A DNA stretch of 57,808 nt from Flavobacteriales bacterium UBA3431 (GTDB lineage: Bacteria; Bacteroidota; Bacteroidia; Flavobacteriales; Schleiferiaceae): positions 60,013 to 117,820 of the forward strand of contig DFSS01000043.1 in NCBI GenBank assembly GCA_002381225.1, written 5' to 3'. Shown here one piece after another: positions 45,873-55,451 of the stretch. The translations under genes and the position numbers were made by a program. Numbering within the stretch: the stretch's first letter is position 1; each line of letters opens with the position of its first letter. Under the pieces are notes generated by a model. That model had not been told where the DNA came from and ran no database searches. It was given only the letters and a program-made list of their open reading frames with translations.

Positions 45873-46994
45873 ATGAAGTTTATTGTATCTAGCGGCCAGC
45901 TTTTGCGCGCCCTCCAGACCGTGAGTGGCGTGATCCAGAGCAACAACACGTTGCCCATTTTGGACCATTTTTTAGTGCACCTGCACCCGGGACAACTGAC
46001 CATCACGGCCTCCGACTTGGAGACGACGATGACGACGACCCTTTCGGTCGATTCGTCCGAGACGGCGACTGCCGCGATCCCCGCACGGATGTTGCTCGAT
46101 ACCGTCAAAAGCTTCCCTGAACAGCCCCTCACCTTCACGCTCAATCCCGCGAGCCACGCCCTTGAGGTGAGTAGTGATTTCGGAAAGTATGCATTGGCCT
46201 ATGTGGATGCGGCGGAGTACCCTAAAGCGGCCTCCCTGGATGGTGCAGACCGGGTCCACCTTCCTGCGCATGTTCTCTCCACAGCCATCCACAAGACCTT
46301 GTTTGCCGCAGGCAACGACGACTTGCGCCCCGTGATGAGTGGCGTATTCTTCCAGTTCACCGGCGATGGCTTGACCTTTGTGGCAACGGATGCGCACAAG
46401 CTTGTTCGCTACCGCCGCACCGACTTTTCAGCGCCGGCAACCGCCGAATTTATCCTCCCCAAGAAGCCATTGAACTTGCTGAAGTCCACCTTGGGCACGG
46501 GCGACAATGAAGTGGAGGTGGCATACAACGAGCAGAACGCCCAGTTTACGTACGACGGCGTCACCCTGATCTGCCGTTTGATCGATGGCAAGTACCCCAA
46601 CTTTGAAGCGGTCATTCCAAAGAACAACCCCAATCGCTTGGTGGTCGATCGCGGGGCATTCCTGAGCTCGGTCAAGCGCGTGTCCATTTTCTCCAACAAA
46701 ACCACCCACCAAATCCGCCTGAAGGTAGCCGGCAACGAGTTGCACATTTCGGCGGAAGATTTGGACTTTGCCAACAAGGCCCACGAGCGCCTTGGGTGCA
46801 ATTATGAGGGGTCCGATATGGAAATAGGCTTCAATAGCCGATTCATCGGAGAGATGTTGGGCAACCTGGAATCAGACGAGGTTGCGGTCGAGCTTTCGGC
46901 CCCCAACCGAGCAGGCATTCTTTTACCCGAAGGGGGACTGGACGCCGGCGAAGAGGTGCTGATGCTCGTGATGCCTGTGATGCTCAACGCCTAA
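45873..46994 (+). CDS. dnaN: DNA polymerase III beta subunit (sliding clamp)
   Basis: 373 aa. MKFIVSSGQLLRALQTVSGVI start and three-domain length; C-terminal ..LVMPVMLNA. Confidence 0.95.
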   Translation: MKFIVSSGQLLRALQTVSGVIQSNNTLPILDHFLVHLHPGQLTITASDLETTMTTTLSVDSSETATAAIPARMLLDTVKSFPEQPLTFTLNPASHALEVSSDFGKYALAYVDAAEYPKAASLDGADRVHLPAHVLSTAIHKTLFAAGNDDLRPVMSGVFFQFTGDGLTFVATDAHKLVRYRRTDFSAPATAEFILPKKPLNLLKSTLGTGDNEVEVAYNEQNAQFTYDGVTLICRLIDGKYPNFEAVIPKNNPNRLVVDRGAFLSSVKRVSIFSNKTTHQIRLKVAGNELHISAEDLDFANKAHERLGCNYEGSDMEIGFNSRFIGEMLGNLESDEVAVELSAPNRAGILLPEGGLDAGEEVLMLVMPVMLNA

Positions 46995-47005
46995 ACCGAG
47001 GCGCC

Positions 47006-47647
47006 ATGAATCTTCTGGTGGTGGGCGATGTGCATGGCTGCGTCCATACGCTGAAGGCTTTTGTCCAGACCCATTGGAATGCCCAAGACGAATTCCTGAT
47101 CTTGGTCGGGGATGTCATCAACAAGGGCCGGCACAGCGGGAAAACAGTCAAGTACTTGCGCAAGCTCCAGAAGGAATTCCCCTATTCGGTGTTTCTGCTT
47201 CGTGGCAACCACGAACACCTGGCTGCCGAATCCCTTCGCCAGGGGGAGGAACCTCCCTACCTGCAGAAACTCAAGCGCGACATGCTCAAGCGCGGCATCC
47301 CGTTCAAGCGGATGATCCAGTGGATGGGCCAATGGCCGGTCAAATGGGAGAATCCCTATGTCCTCATCACCCATGCGGGCATTTCGCTCCACGCCCGTGA
47401 TCCCTTCAATCCCGATTCTTCCCGAGGCGTACTGCACAATCGGTCCGCCCTCAAAGATGTGGGAAAACTACAACTGTTTGGACACGTGGTACAGGAGGAC
47501 TTTCAGCCCCGTTATTTCGCCGAAGCCCATGCCTGGGGTATCGACACTGGGGCCTGGCGTGGAGGGGGTCTGACGGGAATTCGGCTCACGCGGACGGGAG
47601 AAATCCTAGAAATCCTTCGAGAACCGACTTCAGAGTCCGACCTTTGA
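47006..47647 (+). CDS. Metallophosphoesterase (PPP-family/ApaH-like phosphatase)
   Basis: Motifs VVGDVHGC, VGDVINKG, LRGNHE and ITHAG; 213 aa. Confidence 0.8.
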   Translation: MNLLVVGDVHGCVHTLKAFVQTHWNAQDEFLILVGDVINKGRHSGKTVKYLRKLQKEFPYSVFLLRGNHEHLAAESLRQGEEPPYLQKLKRDMLKRGIPFKRMIQWMGQWPVKWENPYVLITHAGISLHARDPFNPDSSRGVLHNRSALKDVGKLQLFGHVVQEDFQPRYFAEAHAWGIDTGAWRGGGLTGIRLTRTGEILEILREPTSESDL

Positions 47648-47683
47648 CCTGAACAACCTTTGAATTAATCGATATCTATAGCT

Positions 47684-49309
47684 ATGGCCAACGGAATGTT
47701 TCAACTCCCTACCCCCGTCAACGAACCCATTTATTCATACGCCCCGGGCGCCGAGCACCGGACTACATTGATTTCCACCTACGAAGCGATGTACCAGGGG
47801 ATGGTGGATATTCCCCAATTTATCGATGGCAAGGAGGTTCGGACTGGTGATCTGCGCGATTGCCGTCCTCCGCACGACCACCAGCATGTGATCGGCCGCT
47901 ACCATTATGGCCGCGCAGAACACGCCCAAGCAGCCGTTGACGCCGCATTGGGTGCACACGCGAGCTGGTCCTCTATGCCATGGCATGAGCGCGCAGCCAT
48001 CTTTTTGCGGGCCGCAGACCTCGTAGCCGGTCCCTACCGGGCCACGATCAATGCCGCCACGATGTTGGCCCAGTCCAAAACGGTGTTTCAAGCCGAAATT
48101 GACGCGGCCTGTGAATTTGCCGATTTCTTGCGCTTCAATGCGCACTTCATGGAGAAAATTTACGCCGAGCAGCCCATCAGTGCTCCAGGGATTTGGAACC
48201 GAATGGAATACCGTGCGCTAGAGGGCTTTGTCGTCGCCATCACCCCCTTCAACTTCACGGCCATCGCGGGCAACCTGCCCGCCTCGGCAGCCTTAATGGG
48301 CAATGTTGTGGTGTGGAAACCTGCCGATAGCCAAGTGTATTCAGCCTGGGTCGTCATGGAAATTTTCCGGAAGGCCGGTTTGCCGGATGGCGTCATCAAT
48401 TTGGTCTACATGGATGGGCCTGAGTTTGGCGAGGTGGTCTTCAAGCATCCCGATTTCGCCGGATTGCACTTTACCGGATCCACCGCGGTGTTCAAGCACC
48501 TGTGGAAAGAGATTGGTACAAACATCGACCGCTACAAAGCCTATCCACGCATCGTCGGCGAAACGGGCGGCAAGGACTTCGTCATTGCCCACCCTTCAGC
48601 AGAAGCCAAGCAAGTGGCGACTGGATTGACCCGCGGAGCCTTTGAATTCCAAGGACAGAAATGTTCTGCCGCCTCGCGTGCCTACATCCCTGAGAGCCTC
48701 TGGGCAGACGTCAAAACCCACCTCCTCGAGGATTTGGCGAGCTTCAAAATGGGCAGCCCTGGTGATCTTAAGAACTTTATCACCGCCGTCATTGACGAGC
48801 GTGCTTTTGATAAAATTGCGCAATTCATTGATTACGCAAAGGGACAGCCCGATGCCGATATCATCGCAGGCGGTACCTACGACAAATCTCAGGGATACTT
48901 CATCGCCCCGACGGTCATCGTTACAACAAACCCCTCCTTCCGCACCATGTGTGAGGAAATTTTCGGCCCAGTGTTGACGCTCTACGTCTACCCTGATGCA
49001 GAGTGGTCTGCCACCCTTGCCCTTGTCAATGCCACGTCAGACTATGCGTTAACGGGCGCCGTCTTTGCGACGGACCGCCACGCGGTGGATGAAGCCACCC
49101 AAGCACTGGCCTTTGCGGCAGGAAACTTCTACGTCAATGACAAACCCACGGGCGCCGTGGTGGGTCAGCAGCCTTTTGGCGGCGCACGCGGCTCGGGCAC
49201 CAACGACAAAGCCGGCTCCGTACTCAATTTGCTGCGTTGGGTATCCCCTCGAACCATCAAAGAAACCTTGGTTCCTCCCACGGACTACCGCTACCCTTTT
49301 ATGGGCTAA
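47684..49309 (+). CDS. pruA: L-glutamate gamma-semialdehyde (1-pyrroline-5-carboxylate) dehydrogenase
   Basis: Aldehyde dehydrogenase motifs VGETGGKDF (catalytic Glu) and FEFQGQKCSAASR (catalytic Cys); 541 aa stand-alone P5CDH type. Confidence 0.9.
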   Translation: MANGMFQLPTPVNEPIYSYAPGAEHRTTLISTYEAMYQGMVDIPQFIDGKEVRTGDLRDCRPPHDHQHVIGRYHYGRAEHAQAAVDAALGAHASWSSMPWHERAAIFLRAADLVAGPYRATINAATMLAQSKTVFQAEIDAACEFADFLRFNAHFMEKIYAEQPISAPGIWNRMEYRALEGFVVAITPFNFTAIAGNLPASAALMGNVVVWKPADSQVYSAWVVMEIFRKAGLPDGVINLVYMDGPEFGEVVFKHPDFAGLHFTGSTAVFKHLWKEIGTNIDRYKAYPRIVGETGGKDFVIAHPSAEAKQVATGLTRGAFEFQGQKCSAASRAYIPESLWADVKTHLLEDLASFKMGSPGDLKNFITAVIDERAFDKIAQFIDYAKGQPDADIIAGGTYDKSQGYFIAPTVIVTTNPSFRTMCEEIFGPVLTLYVYPDAEWSATLALVNATSDYALTGAVFATDRHAVDEATQALAFAAGNFYVNDKPTGAVVGQQPFGGARGSGTNDKAGSVLNLLRWVSPRTIKETLVPPTDYRYPFMG

Positions 49310-49334
49310 ACGGTCACTAGACGCGATAAAAAAG

Positions 49335-49363
49335 GGGGATGCACTTTGGTGTATCCCCTTTTT
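49335..49363. terminator. Bidirectional rho-independent terminator between convergent pruA and rsmG
   Basis: GGGGATGCAC-TTTG-GTGTATCCCC: a 10-bp stem with one G-T wobble, preceded by AAAAAA (49328..49333) and followed by TTTTT (49359..49363). Confidence 0.7.
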
Positions 49364-49421
49364 CATTTTGGACCAGGAAGTCTAGAGGAAGGAGTCCTTG
49401 AGGGAGGGGTGGAAGGGGAAA

Positions 49422-50045
49422 TTATTTGGCTGGAATGCGCACGACGTATTTCGTGTCATAAAATTCCCCGGGTAAAATATCCGAAAGCGGGAACAGCTTT
49501 GCTTTCATTCCTGCCAGCTCCTCGGTTAAATCTCCGCCTTTCAAGGCATAGAGGGCCGCATTGGGGTTTTTGCTCCAACTGTGGCGGACCCAGGCCCTCA
49601 AGGTGGCGGCAGGGGCCACCGCGCGGGTCACCACGACGTCAAAGGGGCCTTTAACCGCTTCCGCCCGAGCATGGACAGCCCTGACGTTGGTCAGGCCCAA
49701 CGCATCAACGATCGCCTGAACGACTTTAATTTTTTTCCCAATGGAATCCACGAGGGTAAACTGAATATTTGGAAAAGCAATGGCTAATGGAATTCCGGGG
49801 AATCCTCCGCCAGTTCCCACATCCAATACATGCAGGCCTGGACGGTGGGGCATGATGCCTCCCAAGCACAGCGAGTGCAAAATATGCCGCTCCCAGATGC
49901 CATCTTGGTCTTTGCGGGAAATCACATTGATTTGGGCATTCCATTCCGCGTATAAAGGCGGCAGCAATTCCATCCTAGCGACGGCTTCTGGAGTCAAAAA
50001 TGGGAAGGCGGAAGCCCAGTGGTCAGGAGGGGTCATTTTTTCCAT
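49422..50045 (-). CDS. rsmG: 16S rRNA (guanine527-N7)-methyltransferase
   Basis: SAM-binding LDVGTGGGFPGIPLAI and GidB family length. An alternative start at ATG 50036 gives an ATGA overlap with the upstream stop. Confidence 0.9.
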   Translation of the reverse strand: MEKMTPPDHWASAFPFLTPEAVARMELLPPLYAEWNAQINVISRKDQDGIWERHILHSLCLGGIMPHRPGLHVLDVGTGGGFPGIPLAIAFPNIQFTLVDSIGKKIKVVQAIVDALGLTNVRAVHARAEAVKGPFDVVVTRAVAPAATLRAWVRHSWSKNPNAALYALKGGDLTEELAGMKAKLFPLSDILPGEFYDTKYVVRIPAK

Positions 50046-51238
50046 ACAGTTAAGGCCCGAAACAAGAAATGACTTCGAAGCCAGATGGGAGAGGCAAGGC
50101 CCAAATAGCCTAACCCTAGTCTACGCGACCACGCGGTGGCATAGGCTGTCCAAACGACCTGCAAGACCACGTAGAGCGCGAGCAAGGCTTGCAATTGACT
50201 CTCCACAAAGCGGACCTGGGCTGGGTAGTTCGCCGGGGAATAATTCAAATCATCCATGGTCATCCACAAGAGGACCATATGCAGGCCCGCCGTGGCCGCC
50301 ACGGCATCCAAGAGGAGAATGAGAAGCGCGTACCGAGCCGGGGCAAAGCGCTCCAATGCGCTACGGTGTGCACGCATTTTGGCATCTTTTCGTTCAAGCC
50401 AAGGGCGTTGGAGAAGCGCGTGGGGATGGACCACGGGGACGATCTGGCCATGGGCGGCGATGTCAGCCAGGAGAAATTCTGCTTCCCCACCGTCTAAATG
50501 CATGTTCGAGAGGTAGCCCTTCACCTCGAAGAAGCGGGCAATTTCAAAGGCAAAATTCACCGGGACCATGCCGGTAGGGATGCCGTTTGCAAGGAGCGGC
50601 ATCCGAAGGCTGCACCGGATTGCGGCCCAGGCATTCCGGCCTAATGCTTGGATGCGTTGGGGTAACGGCGAGGCTGGGGGCAGAGTGACCGGGGCAAAGG
50701 TGGCCACGACTTTTCCTCGGCGCATCGGCGCTGTCAAACTTCGCTGCCAGGCCTGAAGATCGGTGGGCACCGTACACGCGGTATCTACCCACAATGCATG
50801 CGTTCCATGTGCCGCTTTCACGGCCAAAGTCAAAGCGAGCTTGCGAGTGCTCCAAAAGCGCTCCGAGGGAGGTATGGTCACGACCACCAAGCGGGGATAT
50901 TTTCGTTTAAGCGCTTCCAAGGCATTGGGCGTTTCGTCCTCACTTTGGTTGTCCACCGCCAGAATTTCCGAATGGGGAAACGCCTCCATCGCGGCATGGA
51001 TCCAACGTTCGAAGCCTTCCGAATCATGGCGCCCCACAATCATGATGGAACAGGACTCTGGGGCAACCCCCTGACCGGGCGCCTTCTTCCAAGTGGACCA
51101 AAGGCCCGTCGTTTGAACCACTACCCAGCTGGCCACCGCCACAATGGCTAATGAAATCCAGAAGATGGCCGCCAAGGCCGTCATGGTCTGGGAAGACAAG
51201 ACCGCTTGGCTCGATTGTAAAAACATGACAGTGCTCAT
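50033..51238 (-). CDS. Membrane-bound family-2-like glycosyltransferase
   Basis: N-terminal TM segment, GT-A-like core (IMIVGRHDSEGFERWI..ILAVDNQSEDETP..YPRLVVV), then 3-4 C-terminal TM segments. ATG 51238 is preferred over TTG 51259 because a perfect promoter box lies at 51246..51253. Confidence 0.65.
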   Translation of the reverse strand: MSTVMFLQSSQAVLSSQTMTALAAIFWISLAIVAVASWVVVQTTGLWSTWKKAPGQGVAPESCSIMIVGRHDSEGFERWIHAAMEAFPHSEILAVDNQSEDETPNALEALKRKYPRLVVVTIPPSERFWSTRKLALTLAVKAAHGTHALWVDTACTVPTDLQAWQRSLTAPMRRGKVVATFAPVTLPPASPLPQRIQALGRNAWAAIRCSLRMPLLANGIPTGMVPVNFAFEIARFFEVKGYLSNMHLDGGEAEFLLADIAAHGQIVPVVHPHALLQRPWLERKDAKMRAHRSALERFAPARYALLILLLDAVAATAGLHMVLLWMTMDDLNYSPANYPAQVRFVESQLQALLALYVVLQVVWTAYATAWSRRLGLGYLGLASPIWLRSHFLFRALTVWKK

Positions 51239-51245
51239 CTTGGCA

Positions 51246-51253
51246 CAAAAGTA
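51246..51253 (-). promoter_or_regulatory. -7 box TACTTTTG (minus strand), 7 nt upstream of the glycosyltransferase ATG 51238
   Basis: The plus strand reads CAAAAGTA; perfect TAnnTTTG. Confidence 0.5.
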
Positions 51254-51269
51254 GTCCAAAGGAAAGGCC

Positions 51270-51277
51270 TAATTTTG
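51270..51277 (+). promoter_or_regulatory. -7 box TAATTTTG, 4 nt upstream of the tgt ATG
   Basis: Perfect TAnnTTTG in the 43-nt divergent spacer. Confidence 0.5.
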
Positions 51278-51281
51278 CCCT

Positions 51282-52412
51282 ATGCATTTTGATGTCGACG
51301 CCCGTGATCCGGGCAGTTCTGCGCGCGCCGGACGCTTACACACCGCCCATGGCGAAGTCCCCACCCCCATCTTTATGCCGGTAGGGACCCTCGGCACGGT
51401 AAAAGGGGTCCACCCGCAGGAACTCAAGACCGATGTCCGCGCCCACATTGTCCTGGGAAACACCTACCATTTGTACTTGCGCCCCGGTACCGACATCCTC
51501 GAGAAGGCCGGTGGCTTGCATGCCTTTACCACGTGGGATGGCCCAATGCTTACCGACAGTGGGGGCTTTCAAGTTCACAGCCTGCAGGACATTCGAAAAA
51601 TCACCGAAGAAGGGGTCAAATTTCAATCGCACATCGATGGCAGTCGCCATCTCTTCACCCCGGAATCAGTGATGGACGTGCAGCGCCAAATCGGGGCGGA
51701 CATCGTCATGGCCTTCGATGAATGCACAGACTACCCCTGTGCCAAGCCTTATGCCCGGGAGGCGATGGAGCGCACACACCGCTGGCTCGATCGATGCATC
51801 GCCCGATGGGACGCCACCTCCCCACTCTACGGCTACAACCAAGTCCTCTTCCCCATCGTCCAAGGGTCTACCTATTCGGATTTGCGCCGTGAATCCGCCG
51901 AGTTCATCGCTTCCAAGGAAGCATGGGGCAATGCCATTGGAGGGCTGTCCGTGGGGGAACCTGCGGAGGAAATGTATGCCATGGCAGAGGAGGTTTGCCA
52001 CATTCTCCCAGCCGATAAGCCCCGCTACCTCATGGGGGTGGGCACACCAGCCAATATTTTGGAAAACATTGCGTTAGGCGTAGATATGTTTGATTGTGTC
52101 ATGCCTACCCGAAACGCCCGGAATGGCCAAATTTTCACGTCGGAGGGCATCATCAATCTCCGGAACGCAAAATGGCGCGACGATTTTAGCCCCTTGGATC
52201 CCCTAGGCGATGCTTCCGTGGACCAACGCTACACCAAGGCCTACATGCGGCACCTGTTCATGGCGGACGAGGCCCTCGGCAAGCAAATTGCCAGCATTCA
52301 CAATCTGCGTTTTTACCTCTGGTTGGTCGAAGAGGCCCGAAAACACATTGTCGCGGGGGATTTTGCCGCTTGGAAAAACAGCATGGTGCCCCGACTCCAA
52401 AACCGCCTCTAA
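51282..52412 (+). CDS. tgt: tRNA-guanine transglycosylase (queuine tRNA-ribosyltransferase)
   Basis: FMPVGT, LTDSGGFQ, YLMGVGTP and DMFDCVMPTRNARNG motifs; 376 aa. The CxCxxC zinc motif is absent (see findings). Confidence 0.93.
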   Translation: MHFDVDARDPGSSARAGRLHTAHGEVPTPIFMPVGTLGTVKGVHPQELKTDVRAHIVLGNTYHLYLRPGTDILEKAGGLHAFTTWDGPMLTDSGGFQVHSLQDIRKITEEGVKFQSHIDGSRHLFTPESVMDVQRQIGADIVMAFDECTDYPCAKPYAREAMERTHRWLDRCIARWDATSPLYGYNQVLFPIVQGSTYSDLRRESAEFIASKEAWGNAIGGLSVGEPAEEMYAMAEEVCHILPADKPRYLMGVGTPANILENIALGVDMFDCVMPTRNARNGQIFTSEGIINLRNAKWRDDFSPLDPLGDASVDQRYTKAYMRHLFMADEALGKQIASIHNLRFYLWLVEEARKHIVAGDFAAWKNSMVPRLQNRL

Positions 52413-52418
52413 TTCACC

Positions 52419-53501
52419 ATGATGAACCGCCTGGAACGCTACATATTCTTCAAATTCTTGGGGAATTTTGCCTTGTTCATGGGCCTGGTGATGCTCATTG
52501 CGGTGGTTTTTGACGTGAGCCAAAAACTGGACAACTTTATCAGTCAAGGCGCCACCCTCGAGACCATCTTGGGGGACTACTATGTCAACTTCATTGCCTA
52601 CTATGGGACCACCTTCAGTGGACTCATTGTCTTCTTGTCCACCATTTTCTTTACGGCACGCATGGCCGACCAAACGGAAATCATCGCTGCGCTCACAGGA
52701 GGGGTATCGTTTCCACGCCTGCTCAAGCCCTACCTCTACGGAGCCGCCGTGGTCTTCGGCACGACAGCCCTTCTGAGTCACTTCCTGATTCCAACTACCA
52801 ACATCCGCCGAATTCACTTCGAGGACACCTATGTGAAGGACATCGCCCCCTCTCGCCCGATCAATATCCACCGCCAGGTCCTGCCGGGGCACTTCGTGTA
52901 TGTTGAAACGTGGAGTCCCGAGCGTCTCGGCGGCTACCACTTCACCTACGAGATCTTTGACGATCTCCGCATGCGGGAAAAACTCCAGTGTGACTTTGTC
53001 CGCTTTGACACGGTTCGGAACGTTTGGCAGTTGGACATGTGGGTGCGGCGGCGCTGGGATGCCCAAGGGGTCCAATCCCTCTCTCAAGGCCGCCGCTTGG
53101 ACACGGCCTTTACATTTGGGCCCAGCACCATTGCGCCGGACTTGCGAAGTACGGCAACCATGGCCTCCCCTGCCCTGTGGCGTTTCCTAAAGCAAGAGCG
53201 CCTGAGCGGATCCGAGGCCGTGATTTACCACGAAATGGAATGGCACCGCCGGACCGCTTATCCATTCTCGGCCTTCATTTTGGTCCTCATCGCGGTTAGT
53301 TTGGCTTCTGAAAAAAAGCGAGGGGGAATCGGCACCCAAATCGCGCTGGGGCTGCTTTTGGCCGTCACCTACATCTTTGTTATGCAGCTGAGTAACATCT
53401 TCGTGAGTTCCCCAGCCATTGGGCCCTGGCTGGCCATTTGGCTGCCAAATATCCTCTTTGCCCTATTGGGGGCGGTCCTCTACCTTCGAGCGGCTAAATA
53501 A
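52419..53501 (+). CDS. LptF/LptG-family (YjgP/YjgQ) permease
   Basis: N-terminus MNRLERYIFFKFLGNF, three TM segments, a large external loop, then three more TM segments; 360 aa. Confidence 0.8.
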   Translation: MMNRLERYIFFKFLGNFALFMGLVMLIAVVFDVSQKLDNFISQGATLETILGDYYVNFIAYYGTTFSGLIVFLSTIFFTARMADQTEIIAALTGGVSFPRLLKPYLYGAAVVFGTTALLSHFLIPTTNIRRIHFEDTYVKDIAPSRPINIHRQVLPGHFVYVETWSPERLGGYHFTYEIFDDLRMREKLQCDFVRFDTVRNVWQLDMWVRRRWDAQGVQSLSQGRRLDTAFTFGPSTIAPDLRSTATMASPALWRFLKQERLSGSEAVIYHEMEWHRRTAYPFSAFILVLIAVSLASEKKRGGIGTQIALGLLLAVTYIFVMQLSNIFVSSPAIGPWLAIWLPNILFALLGAVLYLRAAK

Positions 53502-53506
53502 CGGCT

Positions 53507-54418
53507 ATGTCCCTCCTCCGCCCGACCGACGATTCACCCATCTGGGTGCACCACCTCTGGATGCATTTTATTGTCCTGATTTGGGGCTTTACCGGTGCTC
53601 TGGGCAAGCTCATCCACGTCGATGCCCTGCCCTTGGTCTGGCACCGCATTGTCTTGGCGGCTGTTTTTATGGCGCTCTTCGCCGGCGTAACGCGACGACG
53701 CTTTGTCCTCCCACCGCGGGAGCTCCTTGGCCCATTGGCCCTGAATTCCGCGATTATTGTGGTGCACTGGATTACCTTCTACCACGCCATCAAATTGTCC
53801 AACGTGTCTTTGACGCTCGCGTGCTTAAGCACCGGACCATTCTTCACCAGCCTTTTGGAACCCCTCTTCTTCAAGCGCCGGATTCTTCCAGCGGAAATTC
53901 TCTTAGGCGGTGGGGTGGTCGCAGGCATGCTCTTGCTTTTTGGCTCTGTAGAGGGCCAAACGACAGCCATCCTCGTAGGCCTAAGCAGCTCTATCCTCAG
54001 TGCGTTGTTCTCGGTCATGAACGGACGCATCGTGCAGCGTATGCCTCCTTTGGACATTTCATTTTGGGAAATGAGTATAGGGGTTGTGCTACTCAGTCTT
54101 TACTTGGGAGCCCAGGGGCACTTATTCCAAACGATGACCGCCCCCTCCGGTTCGGACTGGATCTACCTGGTGGGACTGGCTACTTTCTGCACCGCATTTG
54201 CTTTTGTGCAATCGGTTCGCATCATGCGCTACCTCTCCCCATTCACGGTAATGCTAACCATCGCCATGGAGCCCGTATACGGAATTCTCATAGCCCTCTT
54301 TCTCTTTGCGGAGTCGGAGGCCATGACCGCCGGGTTCTATCTAGGCGTCGCCACCATCCTAGCCATGCTGATGTTGGATGCCTACATCAAGCGTCGCAAG
54401 CGCCGAAAAGCCGCGTAA
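53507..54418 (+). CDS. EamA/DMT-family transporter
   Basis: About 10 hydrophobic segments arranged as two EamA-like halves; basic C-terminal tail KRRKRRKAA. Confidence 0.75.
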   Translation: MSLLRPTDDSPIWVHHLWMHFIVLIWGFTGALGKLIHVDALPLVWHRIVLAAVFMALFAGVTRRRFVLPPRELLGPLALNSAIIVVHWITFYHAIKLSNVSLTLACLSTGPFFTSLLEPLFFKRRILPAEILLGGGVVAGMLLLFGSVEGQTTAILVGLSSSILSALFSVMNGRIVQRMPPLDISFWEMSIGVVLLSLYLGAQGHLFQTMTAPSGSDWIYLVGLATFCTAFAFVQSVRIMRYLSPFTVMLTIAMEPVYGILIALFLFAESEAMTAGFYLGVATILAMLMLDAYIKRRKRRKAA

Positions 54419-54456
54419 GTTTTCCACATTTCCGGGATTCTCCCCGAGGGAATGTG

Positions 54457-54464
54457 TAAGTTTG
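54457..54464 (+). promoter_or_regulatory. -7 box TAAGTTTG, 18 nt upstream of the accA ATG 54483
   Basis: Perfect TAnnTTTG. Supports ATG 54483 over the longer track ORF. Confidence 0.45.
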
Positions 54465-54482
54465 AACTCTTGCCTAAAAAGT

Positions 54483-55448
54483 ATGGATTACCTCGATTTT
54501 GAAGCCCCCATCCGGGAAATAGATGAGCAAATTGCCAAGGCTCAAGCCCTCCAAGCCGAGAGCGGAGTCGACATGTCGGAGAGCCTCGCCGAACTGAACG
54601 CCAAATTGGCTCAGGTTCAAGCGGAACTCAAGGCCTCCCTCACACCTTGGCAACGTGTCCAATTGAGCCGCCACACGGGCCGCCCCTATACCTTGGCCTA
54701 CATCGAGGCCATGACGAACGGGGATTTCATTGAAATGCATGGTGACCGCCACGTCAAAGACGACAAAGCGATGATCGCTGGCTGGGGCCAAGTCGAAGGC
54801 GAAAGTTTCCTCTTTGTGGGCCAACAAAAAGGTGTCAACACGAAAATGCGCCAGCTACGAAATTTCGGAATGGCCAACCCGGAAGGCTACCGCAAGGCCT
54901 TGCGGCTCATGAAGCAAGCAGAAAAGTTTGGACGCCCAATTGTCACGCTCATTGACACTCCGGGTGCCTTTCCAGGTCTCGAAGCAGAGGAGCGCGGCCA
55001 AGGAGAAGCCATCGCCCGAAACATCTTGGAGATGGCGCGCTTGAAGGTTCCTGTGATTTGCATTATTATCGGCGAAGGCGCTTCCGGCGGTGCCCTGGGC
55101 ATTGGGGTCGGAGATCGCGTCATGATGCTCGAGAACACCTGGTACTCCGTCATTAGCCCCGAATCCTGCTCGTCCATCCTCTGGCGAAGCTGGGACTTCA
55201 AAGAAACGGCGGCGGAAGCCCTGAAACTGACCGCCCCCGACATGTTGAAAAACGGCCTCATCGATGGCATCATCGAAGAACCCGCCGGGGGTGCGCACCG
55301 CGATCCCGAAGCGATGTTCGAGATTTTAAGCCGTGAAATTTTACGCATGTACCGCGAACTCAAAGATGTCCCCGCCCCAGAATTAGTGGCAACGCGCATT
55401 GAGAAGTTTTGCAACATGGGCGTGTACGAAGAAACTGCGGTATCCTAA
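54483..55448 (+). CDS. accA: Acetyl-CoA carboxylase carboxyltransferase subunit alpha
   Basis: [17 protein letters not shown].., [45 protein letters not shown] 54483 is preceded by a perfect TAAGTTTG box. Confidence 0.93.
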   Translation: MDYLDFEAPIREIDEQIAKAQALQAESGVDMSESLAELNAKLAQVQAELKASLTPWQRVQLSRHTGRPYTLAYIEAMTNGDFIEMHGDRHVKDDKAMIAGWGQVEGESFLFVGQQKGVNTKMRQLRNFGMANPEGYRKALRLMKQAEKFGRPIVTLIDTPGAFPGLEAEERGQGEAIARNILEMARLKVPVICIIIGEGASGGALGIGVGDRVMMLENTWYSVISPESCSSILWRSWDFKETAAEALKLTAPDMLKNGLIDGIIEEPAGGAHRDPEAMFEILSREILRMYRELKDVPAPELVATRIEKFCNMGVYEETAVS

Positions 55449-55451
55449 ACG

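Noticed and set aside
53419-54459. 346-aa same-strand ORF covering the whole EamA transporter gene in a different frame.
   Set aside because: Its translation is Arg/Pro/Gly/His-rich with no TM or domain pattern, whereas the 53507..54418 frame gives a coherent 10-TM DMT protein. This is most likely a frame artefact of biased codon usage. Only ribosome profiling could show otherwise.
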